From NCBI GenBank assembly GCA_965230925.1, contig OZ246403.1:394455-458454 (forward strand): a stretch of 64,000 nucleotides of DNA. The letters run 5' to 3'. The notes beneath the pieces were generated by a model. It saw only the letters and a list, made by a program, of their open reading frames with translations. It ran no database searches and was not told where the DNA came from. The first letter of the stretch is position 1, and each line of letters begins with the position of its first letter. Origin of the DNA: an uncultured Candidatus Saccharibacteria bacterium (GTDB lineage: Bacteria; Patescibacteriota; Minisyncoccia; Phycocordibacterales; JACOZG01). Below are positions 46,358 to 56,274 of the stretch, in pieces. The position numbers and the translations under genes are program-made.

Positions 46358-46781
46358 TGGACCGCTCTTCTCGGCGACGGTAAGGGTATGCTTTCCAATG
46401 TTTATCCCAACCCTTTCCTAACTTTTTGGTGTTTTTGGATAATTCTTTAATTTTTACCAGGAGTTTTTTGATTAAACGGTTGATCCACCAATTGGCGAGA
46501 GTGTTCCACGGGAGCATGGATATAAAGGGAACCATCCCTAGGAGAGCAGCAAAAGAAGAAATCAAAGCAATTTTAAGCTGGATAATACCTATGGAAACAC
46601 CAGATTTGGCAACGGCTTTTAAAATAGGCATATATTTGAAGATAAAAACCCCAAGCCAAATAAGCCAATAGATGGCATTAGTGACAACGTTTACGAAAGG
46701 AATTAAGTCTAAAAGGTCAAAAATAAAAGTTATTACCGCCATGGTAATTTGAAATTGTAGTGAAAGGCCGAGTGTTTGCAT
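46320..46781 (-). CDS. Membrane protein of the T4SS-like locus
   Basis: Multi-TM; DLIPFV and GMVPFISMLPW. Confidence 0.6.
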   Translation of the reverse strand: MQTLGLSLQFQITMAVITFIFDLLDLIPFVNVVTNAIYWLIWLGVFIFKYMPILKAVAKSGVSIGIIQLKIALISSFAALLGMVPFISMLPWNTLANWWINRLIKKLLVKIKELSKNTKKLGKGWDKHWKAYPYRRREERSNESSPQLSPGEV

Positions 46782-46786
46782 GCTAA

Positions 46787-48592
46787 TTACCCTGTGGTCT
46801 CAAGATCTTGCTTCGCTTGTTTAATGGCGAGAATTTGGGAAGGATCTGAGGTAATAATCTGGTCTTCGGTATAGGAGGCAATGATTTTAATTGCTACGTG
46901 TTTGAGGCCAGCGAAGAAGATGCCCTCCCCCACATTGCTCTCAAGAAGCAAATACTTCTCTTCATCGGTGAGTTGAAAGGTTTTTTGGACCAGATCAATT
47001 GAGGCCGGAGATTGTTTTAGAAGTAATTGAAGTGAGGAGTTGGTGATAATCGGTAAACCATATTCCGAACGTAAGAAATCCCCTACATCTTGGGTAATTG
47101 TGGCGACGCCGAGATAATACTTACGACCGCGTTTTACGAGAGAAAACAAGAATGAAGCCGTGTCCGGCGCCTTCATCATCCACCAAGCCTCATCGATGAC
47201 GAGTAAACGTTTTTTTAGATTACGACGAATAGAATTCCAGATATTGTGCATTACGATGTACATCGCAACTGGCTTGAGCTCATCTTCCATGTCGCGGACC
47301 GAGAAAACGACAAACTTTTTATTAATATCAACGTTTGTTGGCTGATTAATGAAACCAGCCCAAGTACCTTGAGTGTATTTGAGAAGCCGTTGGGCAAGCG
47401 ATGCCCCACCTTCCATGCCGGCGAGCACTAGTTCCAGATCAGAGAGTAGTGGCGCCGGTTTACTGCTGAAATCGGAGCCCGGAGTAATATCCTTCAGGGC
47501 ATAGGTTTCCGTAATGGCGGCATCAATAATCGCATCTTCCTCGGTAGTAAGACCACCGAGCATAATTCGGAATAGGCCTACTAAGTTGATGATATTAGAG
47601 CGCAAAACATCGGCTGGTGACTCATCTTCGCGAGGGAAAGGCAGGTCGAAGGGATTAATGTGGTGTTCGGAAGTGAGAGAAATGTTGAAATAGCGCCCCC
47701 CGACTGCCTCAGCCAGGAATTCATACTCGCGCTCTGGGTCAATCACAATCACATCGGTGTCGAACATGAGAGAGCGCAAGACTTCTAGCTTGGTGGCGTA
47801 ACTTTTACCTGAACCCGACTTGGCAAAGATCACCGAATTGTAGTTCTCGAGACTAAAACGATCGAAAAGGACCAACGAAGAGTTGTGGCGGTTAATGCCA
47901 TAGAGAATCCCTTTATTTGAGGTTAAGTCGAAAGAAACAAAGGGAAACAGGCTCGAGAGTGGCGAAGAATTAAGCTTGTAATTGATATTAAGTTGATCAT
48001 TGGCGATCGGTAACACGCTTTTGAAACCCTCTTCTTGTTGGAAAAGAGCTGGTTTGAGATACACCAACTTAGCGTCGAGAATTGATTTAATTTCTCCCTC
48101 GATCTTATCGAGCTCATCCTCCGATTCGCCGTAAATGGTGATATAGAGACCAACATCGAAGATTTTTTCTCGAGCTTGTTGGAGGGCATCGCGGAGATTC
48201 TCAATATCTTCATAGGCGGTGTCGAGAATGGGGTCACGAACAATACCCCGAGCTTCTTTGAGATTAATCTGACTTTGCACCTCAGCCACCTTTTTCTCTA
48301 GTTGCCGCAGAGCGGTAGAGGTATCAATGGGGTGAACCACAATCGAGACGTCGAAGACCTTGTCGAGGTTGATCACTGGTGAGAACCAATCCCCCGCTAA
48401 GACGCGTGGGTAGGAGATCACAAAGAAGGTGCGAGCCATCTTGTCGCCCAGATTTAAGAGCCTGGGCGTAATTTTAAGCGCTGAGGGCGCAATAATGTCT
48501 TTGAGCTCGAGTACACCCAACTGATAAATATCTTTTGGGAGAATGGGGGCGAGCCCTGGCGCTTCTTTCTTATTTCGATTAAAGAATGACAT
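46787..48592 (-). CDS. VirB4-like T4SS ATPase
   Basis: AKSGSGKS Walker A, IDPEREY, INPFD, LVIDEAW, KRGRKY, ITQD, GEGIFF. Confidence 0.92.
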   Translation of the reverse strand: MSFFNRNKKEAPGLAPILPKDIYQLGVLELKDIIAPSALKITPRLLNLGDKMARTFFVISYPRVLAGDWFSPVINLDKVFDVSIVVHPIDTSTALRQLEKKVAEVQSQINLKEARGIVRDPILDTAYEDIENLRDALQQAREKIFDVGLYITIYGESEDELDKIEGEIKSILDAKLVYLKPALFQQEEGFKSVLPIANDQLNINYKLNSSPLSSLFPFVSFDLTSNKGILYGINRHNSSLVLFDRFSLENYNSVIFAKSGSGKSYATKLEVLRSLMFDTDVIVIDPEREYEFLAEAVGGRYFNISLTSEHHINPFDLPFPREDESPADVLRSNIINLVGLFRIMLGGLTTEEDAIIDAAITETYALKDITPGSDFSSKPAPLLSDLELVLAGMEGGASLAQRLLKYTQGTWAGFINQPTNVDINKKFVVFSVRDMEDELKPVAMYIVMHNIWNSIRRNLKKRLLVIDEAWWMMKAPDTASFLFSLVKRGRKYYLGVATITQDVGDFLRSEYGLPIITNSSLQLLLKQSPASIDLVQKTFQLTDEEKYLLLESNVGEGIFFAGLKHVAIKIIASYTEDQIITSDPSQILAIKQAKQDLETTG

Positions 48593-48593
48593 A

Positions 48594-49235
48594 TTAGGCG
48601 GCGGTTGGGATCTCTGCTTCCCCAGGGTTAAAGATTTTGAAGAATAATTCGACCAGTTCCTCAGTCCCTAGCGGGATAGCGCGCACGCCGAAGCGGCTCA
48701 AACCTTGAATCACCACCGCGGCGCGCTGTTCAATTTGGGAGCGTCGTTCCTCGAATTTCTCGGTGGCGAGGTCGGCCGCGCTCTTGTTTGGATTTTTACC
48801 TGGCCAGAGACCAGAGAGAATCCCACCTTTCTTTAGATTTACCATGGCGGCGTCATATGGCACACAAACGAAAAAGGTTTTGGCCATCACGTCAGTAGAA
48901 TTGGTGAAATTACGGATAAATTCAATGTATTCTCGGGTTTGAACCTTAATTAATTCATTTGTCTGCTCTTTTTGTCTAGTTTCTAAGGTGGCAAGATAGG
49001 GCTTAATATCAAGCCGGCGGGACTGGATAAAGAGTTGGACGTGGAAATCGAGAGAATTAAGGAAATTTTGGTACTGGAGAATGATCGCTTCCTTCTCGTC
49101 CTCCGATTTTAGGGCGAAGTTGAGCGAAGAAACAATGAGAACTAGTCGGAGACCGCCATTTTTGAGCACCACGACCCCGTCGCGGATCTCTTTAATGGGA
49201 ACGAACTCTTGCGTTGCTTGCGAGGTTTCAGCCAT
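48594..49235 (-). CDS. VirB4/TraC N-terminal-like protein
   Basis: IKEIRDGVV, NFALKSEDE, FLNSL; lies between PrgI and the ATPase. Confidence 0.7.
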   Translation of the reverse strand: MAETSQATQEFVPIKEIRDGVVVLKNGGLRLVLIVSSLNFALKSEDEKEAIILQYQNFLNSLDFHVQLFIQSRRLDIKPYLATLETRQKEQTNELIKVQTREYIEFIRNFTNSTDVMAKTFFVCVPYDAAMVNLKKGGILSGLWPGKNPNKSAADLATEKFEERRSQIEQRAAVVIQGLSRFGVRAIPLGTEELVELFFKIFNPGEAEIPTAA

Positions 49236-49253
49236 CGGCCTTTATTATAACGG

Positions 49254-49664
49254 CTATTGAATTTTCTCCCTAATATCCAGGCTCCAGGATAATTCTTTCA
49301 GCTTACTCTTTGATAATTTGGGAATGGCTATACCTGGGGTTTGTTCACTACCAATTTTAATAGTGTCCCCTTGGTCGATTTTTTTCTCTTTTTTCTTCCA
49401 CACATAGAGTTTATGCGACCAGAAGTATCGCAGAGCGGACTCGGTCATGTTGATAAAAGGTCGGTTGTTGATCTTATAGAAGGCCAAGAGAAGGCCAAAA
49501 ATCACAAGCCCGGCCATGATTGGCCAAGCGAGGAACTTGGGGAGATAAGTATAAGCAACGAAGGCGCCACCAAGCGAGCCAGCCACGTAAACGAATTGCT
49601 TGAAGGTTAAGGGGCCAAAAATCTTGTCTTCAATCTCGATAAATTGAGGAACTTGGAAATTCAC
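49254..49664 (-). CDS. PrgI-family (VirB3-like) protein
   Basis: FQVPQFIEIEDKIFGPLTFKQF, two TMs, NNRPF. Confidence 0.85.
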   Translation of the reverse strand: MNFQVPQFIEIEDKIFGPLTFKQFVYVAGSLGGAFVAYTYLPKFLAWPIMAGLVIFGLLLAFYKINNRPFINMTESALRYFWSHKLYVWKKKEKKIDQGDTIKIGSEQTPGIAIPKLSKSKLKELSWSLDIREKIQ

Positions 49665-49679
49665 CCTTCTATTGTAGCG

Positions 49680-50186
49680 CTATTTAGAAATTTCGCGATA
49701 GGGATCGGGGGTGGAAGAGGGAGGATTAGAAGGAGTTTGTTGCGGTTGATCAAATTGCTTCTCGAGATCCACCTCTTCTCGCGGCACGCGGAACAATTTC
49801 GCCATTTTTTCCTCGAAAATGCTGCGACTGTCAGGGCTTGCACTCACTGCTGGACTTACTGCCGGCCTTTCCCCCGCATGAATTTTCTTCAGTGATTCTT
49901 GGATTTTTAGAAAGATTCCTTGGTTGACATCATTAGTGATAGCGTTAAGTTGGTCTGGTTGCAACGGTAATTCTTTGGCCAGGTTTTTTGTGAAGTCAGA
50001 TAATGGATTGATTCCGATTAGAACCAAAGCCGTTTGATCAGCTAGTACCCCTATTTCATCTAGGTGAAGATCGTACTTTAGGCCGATATCACCAATTGTC
50101 CCGTCAAGATCAAGGTCCCAGATGGCTGCCTGAATATCTTCGGGCAACTTAAGAAATTTTTCTAGTAATTGTTCGTTGTTGTTCAT
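49680..50186 (-). CDS. Conserved hypothetical protein
   Basis: FLKLPEDIQ N-terminus, DPYRE C-terminus. Confidence 0.7.
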   Translation of the reverse strand: MNNNEQLLEKFLKLPEDIQAAIWDLDLDGTIGDIGLKYDLHLDEIGVLADQTALVLIGINPLSDFTKNLAKELPLQPDQLNAITNDVNQGIFLKIQESLKKIHAGERPAVSPAVSASPDSRSIFEEKMAKLFRVPREEVDLEKQFDQPQQTPSNPPSSTPDPYREISK

Positions 50187-50191
50187 ATATT

Positions 50192-52504
50192 TTATTCCCC
50201 TTCGGGTTTCTTTTTTTCTTTTTCCCCTCCTTTATCTTCCCCCTCCTTTTTCTTTCCCTGTTCATCTATTTTTGCTTCCAAGGACTCAGTCTTGTCTAAT
50301 TGCTCCGCGGCTAAAATTAGGGCTTCTAAACGATCAGCTTCTAATTGGTTCCCAGCCCTTTCCGCGTCTTCTTTTTGTTTAGTCCAGGTTTTAATTTCAT
50401 TTTTTCTCTTATCTTTTTTCTCTTGAGTTTCTCTTGCCTCCCTAAGTTTCTTTTTCATCGGCTCTGGCATTTCCTCTTGTATACCTTCTACTACCTTACT
50501 TAATTTTTGATACTTCTTACCGGCTTTTTGCTGTCGAGCTTGAATTTCTTCAGGGGTGCCTGGGGCTTTTTCTATCTGCTTATCAAAGTTCCTTATTTGC
50601 CGTTTTATACCACGAACTTTTTGGACTTTTGCTATATTTTCTGGGAGCGCCTGAGCCACCGAGCTCATGCTTGGATAAGTGACGTCGTACCAATTCAAAT
50701 CCTCTCTATTTTTAGAAATAAAGTCTTCTTTTTCCTGTTCGATTTTTTCCTTTGATTTAACGTCCTTAGCTTTTTCTTCATAAGATTTTTTAAGTCCAGA
50801 CTCTAGTTTTAGTTTGTCTTCCACCTTCATTTTCTCATAAGCTCTCTGCTGAGCAATCTTACCACCAAAGATATTTCTCTTTCGGCCAAGAGCGGCTAGA
50901 TATTTGGCAACCAACTCAGGATCATCTTTGATCTCATCAGGAATTTTGGCGAGTTCATCAATCTTCTTGTCAAAACTCTTTTCTCCACCAAACTTTTCTT
51001 TAGAAATTGTGGAAGCAAATTTAGTTAGAGAGCCACCAATGATGGTCCGGTTGGCAATCTGATTCTTAGCCCAATCAGAAGTGGCAATTCTGCGACCTAA
51101 CCGCCCGACGGTGTTCGCACCAATAGTTCCCACTGCGCGTTGTCGCCATTTCTTACCGAGATCACTAGCATATTTCGCCCCATGAATACCAAATTGTACA
51201 GCAGCAATGAGGGAACCAACCATCAGGCCAATCACAATAATAAAGTTGATAAGCATGGCGCCTATTCCTGCAATACCAGCGGCTTGAGAATCAGCGGCGA
51301 TGCTCTGAATCGCACCTTGAGACATCACTTTAGTAGAAAGGAAGACGAAGAGGAGATAAATTGGAGCGAAGAATGAATATTTAATAAGCAAATTCCACCA
51401 CTTCGAGAAGTGGCCACTGAGCTTCGGCGTGGTGTAGGCGAGGAATGCCAAGGGCGAGAGAATAACCATAAAGATGAGAACAATCATGCGGATGAGGAGG
51501 AGTAAGCCCGCGGCGAGGAAGACGAAGGCCGTCACGAGCATCAGACTCACTGCACCAATGGCTTGAGCCAGTGTTTTACCCACGCCAGTGGCGGTGCCAG
51601 AGGGAGTGTCGAAGGCCCGTTGGAGATTGAGATGATTCATGAAGAGGCCGGTTACTCCCCCAATTTTGCCATCAGCACCACCAACAAGGGCTGAGTCATA
51701 GGTTTGCCCACTGCGATTCACTGACTGGAAGAATTGATACGATGCGATATTAGAGACATCGATAATGGCTCGGGCGAAGAAGGCGCTAAAGTTGATGAGA
51801 AAAGCGATAACAATGACATTCGCGATTAGTTTGTTTTTATTCCCAATTTCAAGATCAAGAATGAAGCCGATTGCCACATAGAGCAAAATGAAAATGAAGA
51901 AAATATTTGCGAAGTCGCGGAGAGCGCCCCAGGCGGCAGTAATTCCTGGTGAATCAAGGAGGGAGGCGAAGTTGTTAACGGTATAGTTGAGCGAATATTC
52001 GAAAACGGCAGCAGATAAATAGACTAAGAATCCAGCAATGTAGATAAGGAAGTTCCCTGCTCCCCCAACCATCTTTTCTGCGAAATAATTGATGTTCTTC
52101 CACGTTGCGCTCCATGATTCCTTGAGGAGACAACCTAAAGAGAGAGACGATAAAACTCCGTCACAGCCATCTTCGGGTTCATTGCCGCCACCTTTTCCTT
52201 GTAAGTCTTTAACTTGCTCACGAAGGGCGTTCATCTCATTCGTTAGCCTTATATATTCAGGAGAGCCTGGAGCGTGGTTGCTTCGTTGTCGACCCAACTC
52301 CCTTGTTTGCTCAGCTAATTGCCCAGCTTGGGTGTTAGCGGCATTGTTAGGGACAGTGTTGTCCTCAGGATACAGGGGTGGGGTTTCGTCCGGCCACCAG
52401 GTACTGAGTAAGTCATCAATGTATCCTGCATTGGTGTGGTGAACAGGCGCGACCAAAAAAGTTATGACAGACAGTAAGGTAAGAATGAAGAAAAACTTTT
52501 TCAT
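50192..52504 (-). CDS. VirB6/TrbL-like polytopic membrane protein with a charged C-terminal tail
   Basis: WGALRDFANIFFIFILL, LINFSAF, LIRMIVL..ILSPLAF, WW. Confidence 0.78.
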   Translation of the reverse strand: MKKFFFILTLLSVITFLVAPVHHTNAGYIDDLLSTWWPDETPPLYPEDNTVPNNAANTQAGQLAEQTRELGRQRSNHAPGSPEYIRLTNEMNALREQVKDLQGKGGGNEPEDGCDGVLSSLSLGCLLKESWSATWKNINYFAEKMVGGAGNFLIYIAGFLVYLSAAVFEYSLNYTVNNFASLLDSPGITAAWGALRDFANIFFIFILLYVAIGFILDLEIGNKNKLIANVIVIAFLINFSAFFARAIIDVSNIASYQFFQSVNRSGQTYDSALVGGADGKIGGVTGLFMNHLNLQRAFDTPSGTATGVGKTLAQAIGAVSLMLVTAFVFLAAGLLLLIRMIVLIFMVILSPLAFLAYTTPKLSGHFSKWWNLLIKYSFFAPIYLLFVFLSTKVMSQGAIQSIAADSQAAGIAGIGAMLINFIIVIGLMVGSLIAAVQFGIHGAKYASDLGKKWRQRAVGTIGANTVGRLGRRIATSDWAKNQIANRTIIGGSLTKFASTISKEKFGGEKSFDKKIDELAKIPDEIKDDPELVAKYLAALGRKRNIFGGKIAQQRAYEKMKVEDKLKLESGLKKSYEEKAKDVKSKEKIEQEKEDFISKNREDLNWYDVTYPSMSSVAQALPENIAKVQKVRGIKRQIRNFDKQIEKAPGTPEEIQARQQKAGKKYQKLSKVVEGIQEEMPEPMKKKLREARETQEKKDKRKNEIKTWTKQKEDAERAGNQLEADRLEALILAAEQLDKTESLEAKIDEQGKKKEGEDKGGEKEKKKPEGE

Positions 52505-55500
52505 TAATTTCTTGTGATCGTCACTTCTTTGATCGTTTCTTGATCATTATCGCCGGTGCACTTGAGGATATAGGTCAGCTTGGGAGTGATCGAGAGGTAG
52601 ATAGCTCCCTCGCTTGTCCCGTAGGTGAAGGTGTAGCGCTTGAGCATTTGGGCGAGCGGTCCGGTGCCATTTTTTTCTAATTCGATCTTATTTTTTAAGA
52701 GTTCAATCACCTCGACCGGAGTTCTGTTGGTCGCAGACATCACCTCCAGAGTAATGTTTTGGCCAATTGTTAGGCGATAGATATCGAGAGCGAGCGCTCC
52801 TTGAGTTGGCTTGTATTCCACGCGATCGGCGAGGCGATTAGGAGTGAGGGTGTCAGATAATGTTTCTGTCGTGGCCACTCCAGCGCGAGTTCTGGTTAGT
52901 TCTGCCCGCATTTCTACCGGGTGAGAGATGGTGCGGAAGCCGTCATTATTTAACTTCTCGCCCGCTTTGGCCACGGTGGTGTCGGCTGTGCTTGAGATCC
53001 AATCATTGCCTGCCTCACATCGGTCGGCATTGGTGGTGTCCCAGATAATCCGGCTATCATCCTTTTGGCCGCCATTTACTTGGGCTAATGAGGGTGTTTC
53101 TGCTCTCATGTTTACGAAGACTGGGAGAATATCACCAAGGCCAATGCTGGTACCGAGCGAGCTTGTTCTCGTGCTGGGATCCTCATAATTATTTCTCCTG
53201 AGAAAGCCGCTATCCTTGTTTGGCCAACCAGCGTTCGGGCAAGGACCAGGACCAGGACAGGGGTCGGAACCATTATAAATACTGGGAGCCTTCTCAGCTT
53301 CAAAATAACCAGGAGCATCATCCAATCTGTCGGCGACATGCTCGAGTTCTCCTTTGGCTACGTCAAGCTTTGGATTCTGAACTGACACATCGACGGGAGT
53401 AAAAAAGATTTTCTTAGTTGCCTCCTCCGCTATGCCCGGCGCGAGCGTGGTGTCGTATCCACGACAAAGCCAGGTAGTTTTGTCTTCAAGCTCAACCTCG
53501 ACCCTGTTTTCTTGAGGGCATTCGTAACGGCCGAGAATGCCATTTCCGGCAGCAAGGTCAGCTTCTGCCCGCGCCAGGGCCTGTGCTCGGAGACTATTAA
53601 CTGCGTCTCTTGTTTTGAAGTAAACAGTAATAGGATTGATGAGAATAAGTTTCATCCACGATGTCCACCCACCACCCTCTTCAAAGCCGCCCGGGGAAGT
53701 AAATTGATCATATTGAGTTTTTGGTAAACCATCAGAAGCGATTTCCCCGGCAACAGTTTGCATTTCCTCAATCTCCAATTTTTCTCGAATATCTGGAACT
53801 AAGTGGTAAGTTTCTGGATCATCTTCTGCTAGAGTTTTTAGATCTTGCATGGATACTTTGAACTTTTCCTGGTCTCTTTGCTGAACAAATTGGTCAGGGT
53901 TTCTTGGCATGATAGATTGTCCATTTCCCTCACCCTCTACACCGAGCATTCCCGGAGACATACCAACGCCGGTATTAAGATCCTTTTTGATTTTTTCTAA
54001 GAAGGCGTGGAGACCACCGAGAGTATTTTTCTCAGCATTTGGTGTTGTGATTAATCTATTTTCCTCGTCCATTAATTGGATTCGCCTCATGGTCTTGAGG
54101 AAAGTACACGTTTGTATCTGAAGAATAGTCAGACGCTCGTTCAAGTCACGAGATTGTTCCTCGGTATTCAAAATTTTGTTTGTAGTCTTCGCATTTCCTT
54201 TGGATGTTGCTGCTATGCTAAAGATGCTACCTAATTCCGGTCCTACCTCAGCCACCGGGAACGCTGCGGCGCCACCACCCACGGTGCCGAAGCCGATGGC
54301 GGCCATTCCTTCCGCCACGAGTTGCTCCACAATTGGTGCCAAGATTGGACCAGCGAGTGGAATACCCTCTACCAATGATCCCGCGCCTGCGGCGACGCTG
54401 GCACCAATATTATTTTTCAGCCCCTGCATAATCTTGGATGCTTCAAGATTGTTGCTAGTGAGTTGTCCCGGACCCACTTGTTTTTCCACGGCCCCATTAG
54501 CGGCTCGTTCAACTCCTCCGTTTTGCAAATCCTGTTGGGCTCCAGTGCCTACTTCGCTCATGGCGCTTTCCATTGGTGCGCCGTCAGGGAAGGATGCTTG
54601 ATAATCCTCAAGACTCATTGAACCTTGACCAGGAATGGTGTTTTGGTCAGCGGTTAAGCGCATGCCATTGGCTTGAGCGATATCGTAATCAGAGGCTCGC
54701 ATCTGATTTGGCTGTAGTTGGCCCGCGGCGTCCAACTGATCGTACTGGGCATTTTCCAGTACCTCTAGTGTGGGCGGTGGTGGGTACACCGCGCTCCAGA
54801 GTCCATTGCCAAGGTTGCTAATACCGTCTGCCGCCACGCCACCAATCTCAAATGCTGTTCCGGTGATTCCATGCGCTAAGGGGTAGAAGGTGGCACCGAG
54901 CGTGGCATCAATAGTGTCGGCCAGAGTATTACCCAAGGTATCAATGGTGCTGCTAATCGGGTAAGCAATTGTAGCTACAGCAATATTGAGTTGTTGGTCG
55001 ATGGCATCGGTGATTGGATCAAGAAGAGCTTCATCGAAGGTGTCGATGGCATTCTCAAGCGCTTCAGTAGGAACAGCAATAGAATCAATAACTTTGTCGA
55101 TAGAGTTTTCGATCGAGTTATTGATCGGCTTCTCGATGGCACCCATCATGGCATCGGTCAGGCGGTTGATGTGTTTCGGATCAGTCATTGATTGCTCGAG
55201 CTCGAAGGAGAGACCGTCGATCATGTCCTCAAGAAGTTGGTCGGGGTCAAGATTCGCAAGCCAAAGGAGGAATTCCTTAGAGGCATCAAGTTGGGCAACG
55301 AGATTCTCAATAATTCTCTCGACATCTTTAAGGGTTGAAGGTACGGAAATGGCTCCAAAGAAAATTCCTAATAGGTCACCAAGAGGACCTAAACCCGCAA
55401 CAGGAGAAAAAGATTTTTTCAAGTTTTCTATGGCGGCCATAATGGCTATTTTTGTTCCTTCAATAGTGCCGCGCACATCCTCCACTTGATCCCGGACCAT

Positions 55501-56274
55501 CTCAGGGATTTGTTGAATCATGGTGTTGAGCTGGGCGCGGTAATAGGTCTCGATGGTTGGCCGAGCGGTTTTTCCAATCTCTAACTTAAAGGTGTCTTGG
55601 AGGGTGCGACGCAAGCCACCACTAATACCGCGAGAGGTGGCATTGCCTACGAAATCATCATTCAAAACATTTGGTAAAGTTTCCCGAACTGATGAGTCAA
55701 TTAACTTTTTAAATTGCCCCTCATTTTGTCGGTAGTATTCAGCGGTGAAGCCAGCGCGTCGATCAGCCTCCAGATTCTTGGCCAGAGTTTTAGGAAATTC
55801 TTCTCCCCAGCGGGTTTTGAAGCCCTCTTGGAATTCGTATTTAAGGTTTTCTTGGATATTAGTAGATGCCACACCCGCTGAGTCCCCGAGGGTATTAATA
55901 GTGTTGGGTAAGACTTCCAGGCCAAGCTTCTCGTTGACCCGGTTTTTGATCGGCTTGGTAATACCATCGGCGATGGCTCGGCCAGCGGATTTGTTTTTAC
56001 TCTTTTTTGATTCCGAAACACATTCCTCATAGTCACTCTTGCGAATTTTAGCTAAGCGATCGGCGCTTTGTTGGCTGGTGGCTTGTCCGGGTGGGGTGAG
56101 GCCAGAATACTTAGCATTGTTTGCGGCTGGGTTTGAGCCAGGAGGAGGCAGGGCTACGCTTGGCCCTCCGGCTGGAGCGGGAGTATTTTGGGCGCTTACC
56201 ATTGGCGTGACAATAATTCCCCAAATAATGAGGAAAATAATGACGCGCTTGGTGAAGTTTAATAATGTTTTCAT
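52504..56274 (-). CDS. Giant (1256 aa) exported helical protein of the T4SS-like locus
   Basis: Signal/TM; long amphipathic helical middle; Cys-containing and Ig-like C-terminus. Confidence 0.7.
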   Translation of the reverse strand: MKTLLNFTKRVIIFLIIWGIIVTPMVSAQNTPAPAGGPSVALPPPGSNPAANNAKYSGLTPPGQATSQQSADRLAKIRKSDYEECVSESKKSKNKSAGRAIADGITKPIKNRVNEKLGLEVLPNTINTLGDSAGVASTNIQENLKYEFQEGFKTRWGEEFPKTLAKNLEADRRAGFTAEYYRQNEGQFKKLIDSSVRETLPNVLNDDFVGNATSRGISGGLRRTLQDTFKLEIGKTARPTIETYYRAQLNTMIQQIPEMVRDQVEDVRGTIEGTKIAIMAAIENLKKSFSPVAGLGPLGDLLGIFFGAISVPSTLKDVERIIENLVAQLDASKEFLLWLANLDPDQLLEDMIDGLSFELEQSMTDPKHINRLTDAMMGAIEKPINNSIENSIDKVIDSIAVPTEALENAIDTFDEALLDPITDAIDQQLNIAVATIAYPISSTIDTLGNTLADTIDATLGATFYPLAHGITGTAFEIGGVAADGISNLGNGLWSAVYPPPPTLEVLENAQYDQLDAAGQLQPNQMRASDYDIAQANGMRLTADQNTIPGQGSMSLEDYQASFPDGAPMESAMSEVGTGAQQDLQNGGVERAANGAVEKQVGPGQLTSNNLEASKIMQGLKNNIGASVAAGAGSLVEGIPLAGPILAPIVEQLVAEGMAAIGFGTVGGGAAAFPVAEVGPELGSIFSIAATSKGNAKTTNKILNTEEQSRDLNERLTILQIQTCTFLKTMRRIQLMDEENRLITTPNAEKNTLGGLHAFLEKIKKDLNTGVGMSPGMLGVEGEGNGQSIMPRNPDQFVQQRDQEKFKVSMQDLKTLAEDDPETYHLVPDIREKLEIEEMQTVAGEIASDGLPKTQYDQFTSPGGFEEGGGWTSWMKLILINPITVYFKTRDAVNSLRAQALARAEADLAAGNGILGRYECPQENRVEVELEDKTTWLCRGYDTTLAPGIAEEATKKIFFTPVDVSVQNPKLDVAKGELEHVADRLDDAPGYFEAEKAPSIYNGSDPCPGPGPCPNAGWPNKDSGFLRRNNYEDPSTRTSSLGTSIGLGDILPVFVNMRAETPSLAQVNGGQKDDSRIIWDTTNADRCEAGNDWISSTADTTVAKAGEKLNNDGFRTISHPVEMRAELTRTRAGVATTETLSDTLTPNRLADRVEYKPTQGALALDIYRLTIGQNITLEVMSATNRTPVEVIELLKNKIELEKNGTGPLAQMLKRYTFTYGTSEGAIYLSITPKLTYILKCTGDNDQETIKEVTITRN

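Noticed and set aside
50192-50480. Low-complexity T/C-rich tract as a DNA repeat
   Set aside because: Explained by Lys/Glu codons in the charged tail of the VirB6-like protein.
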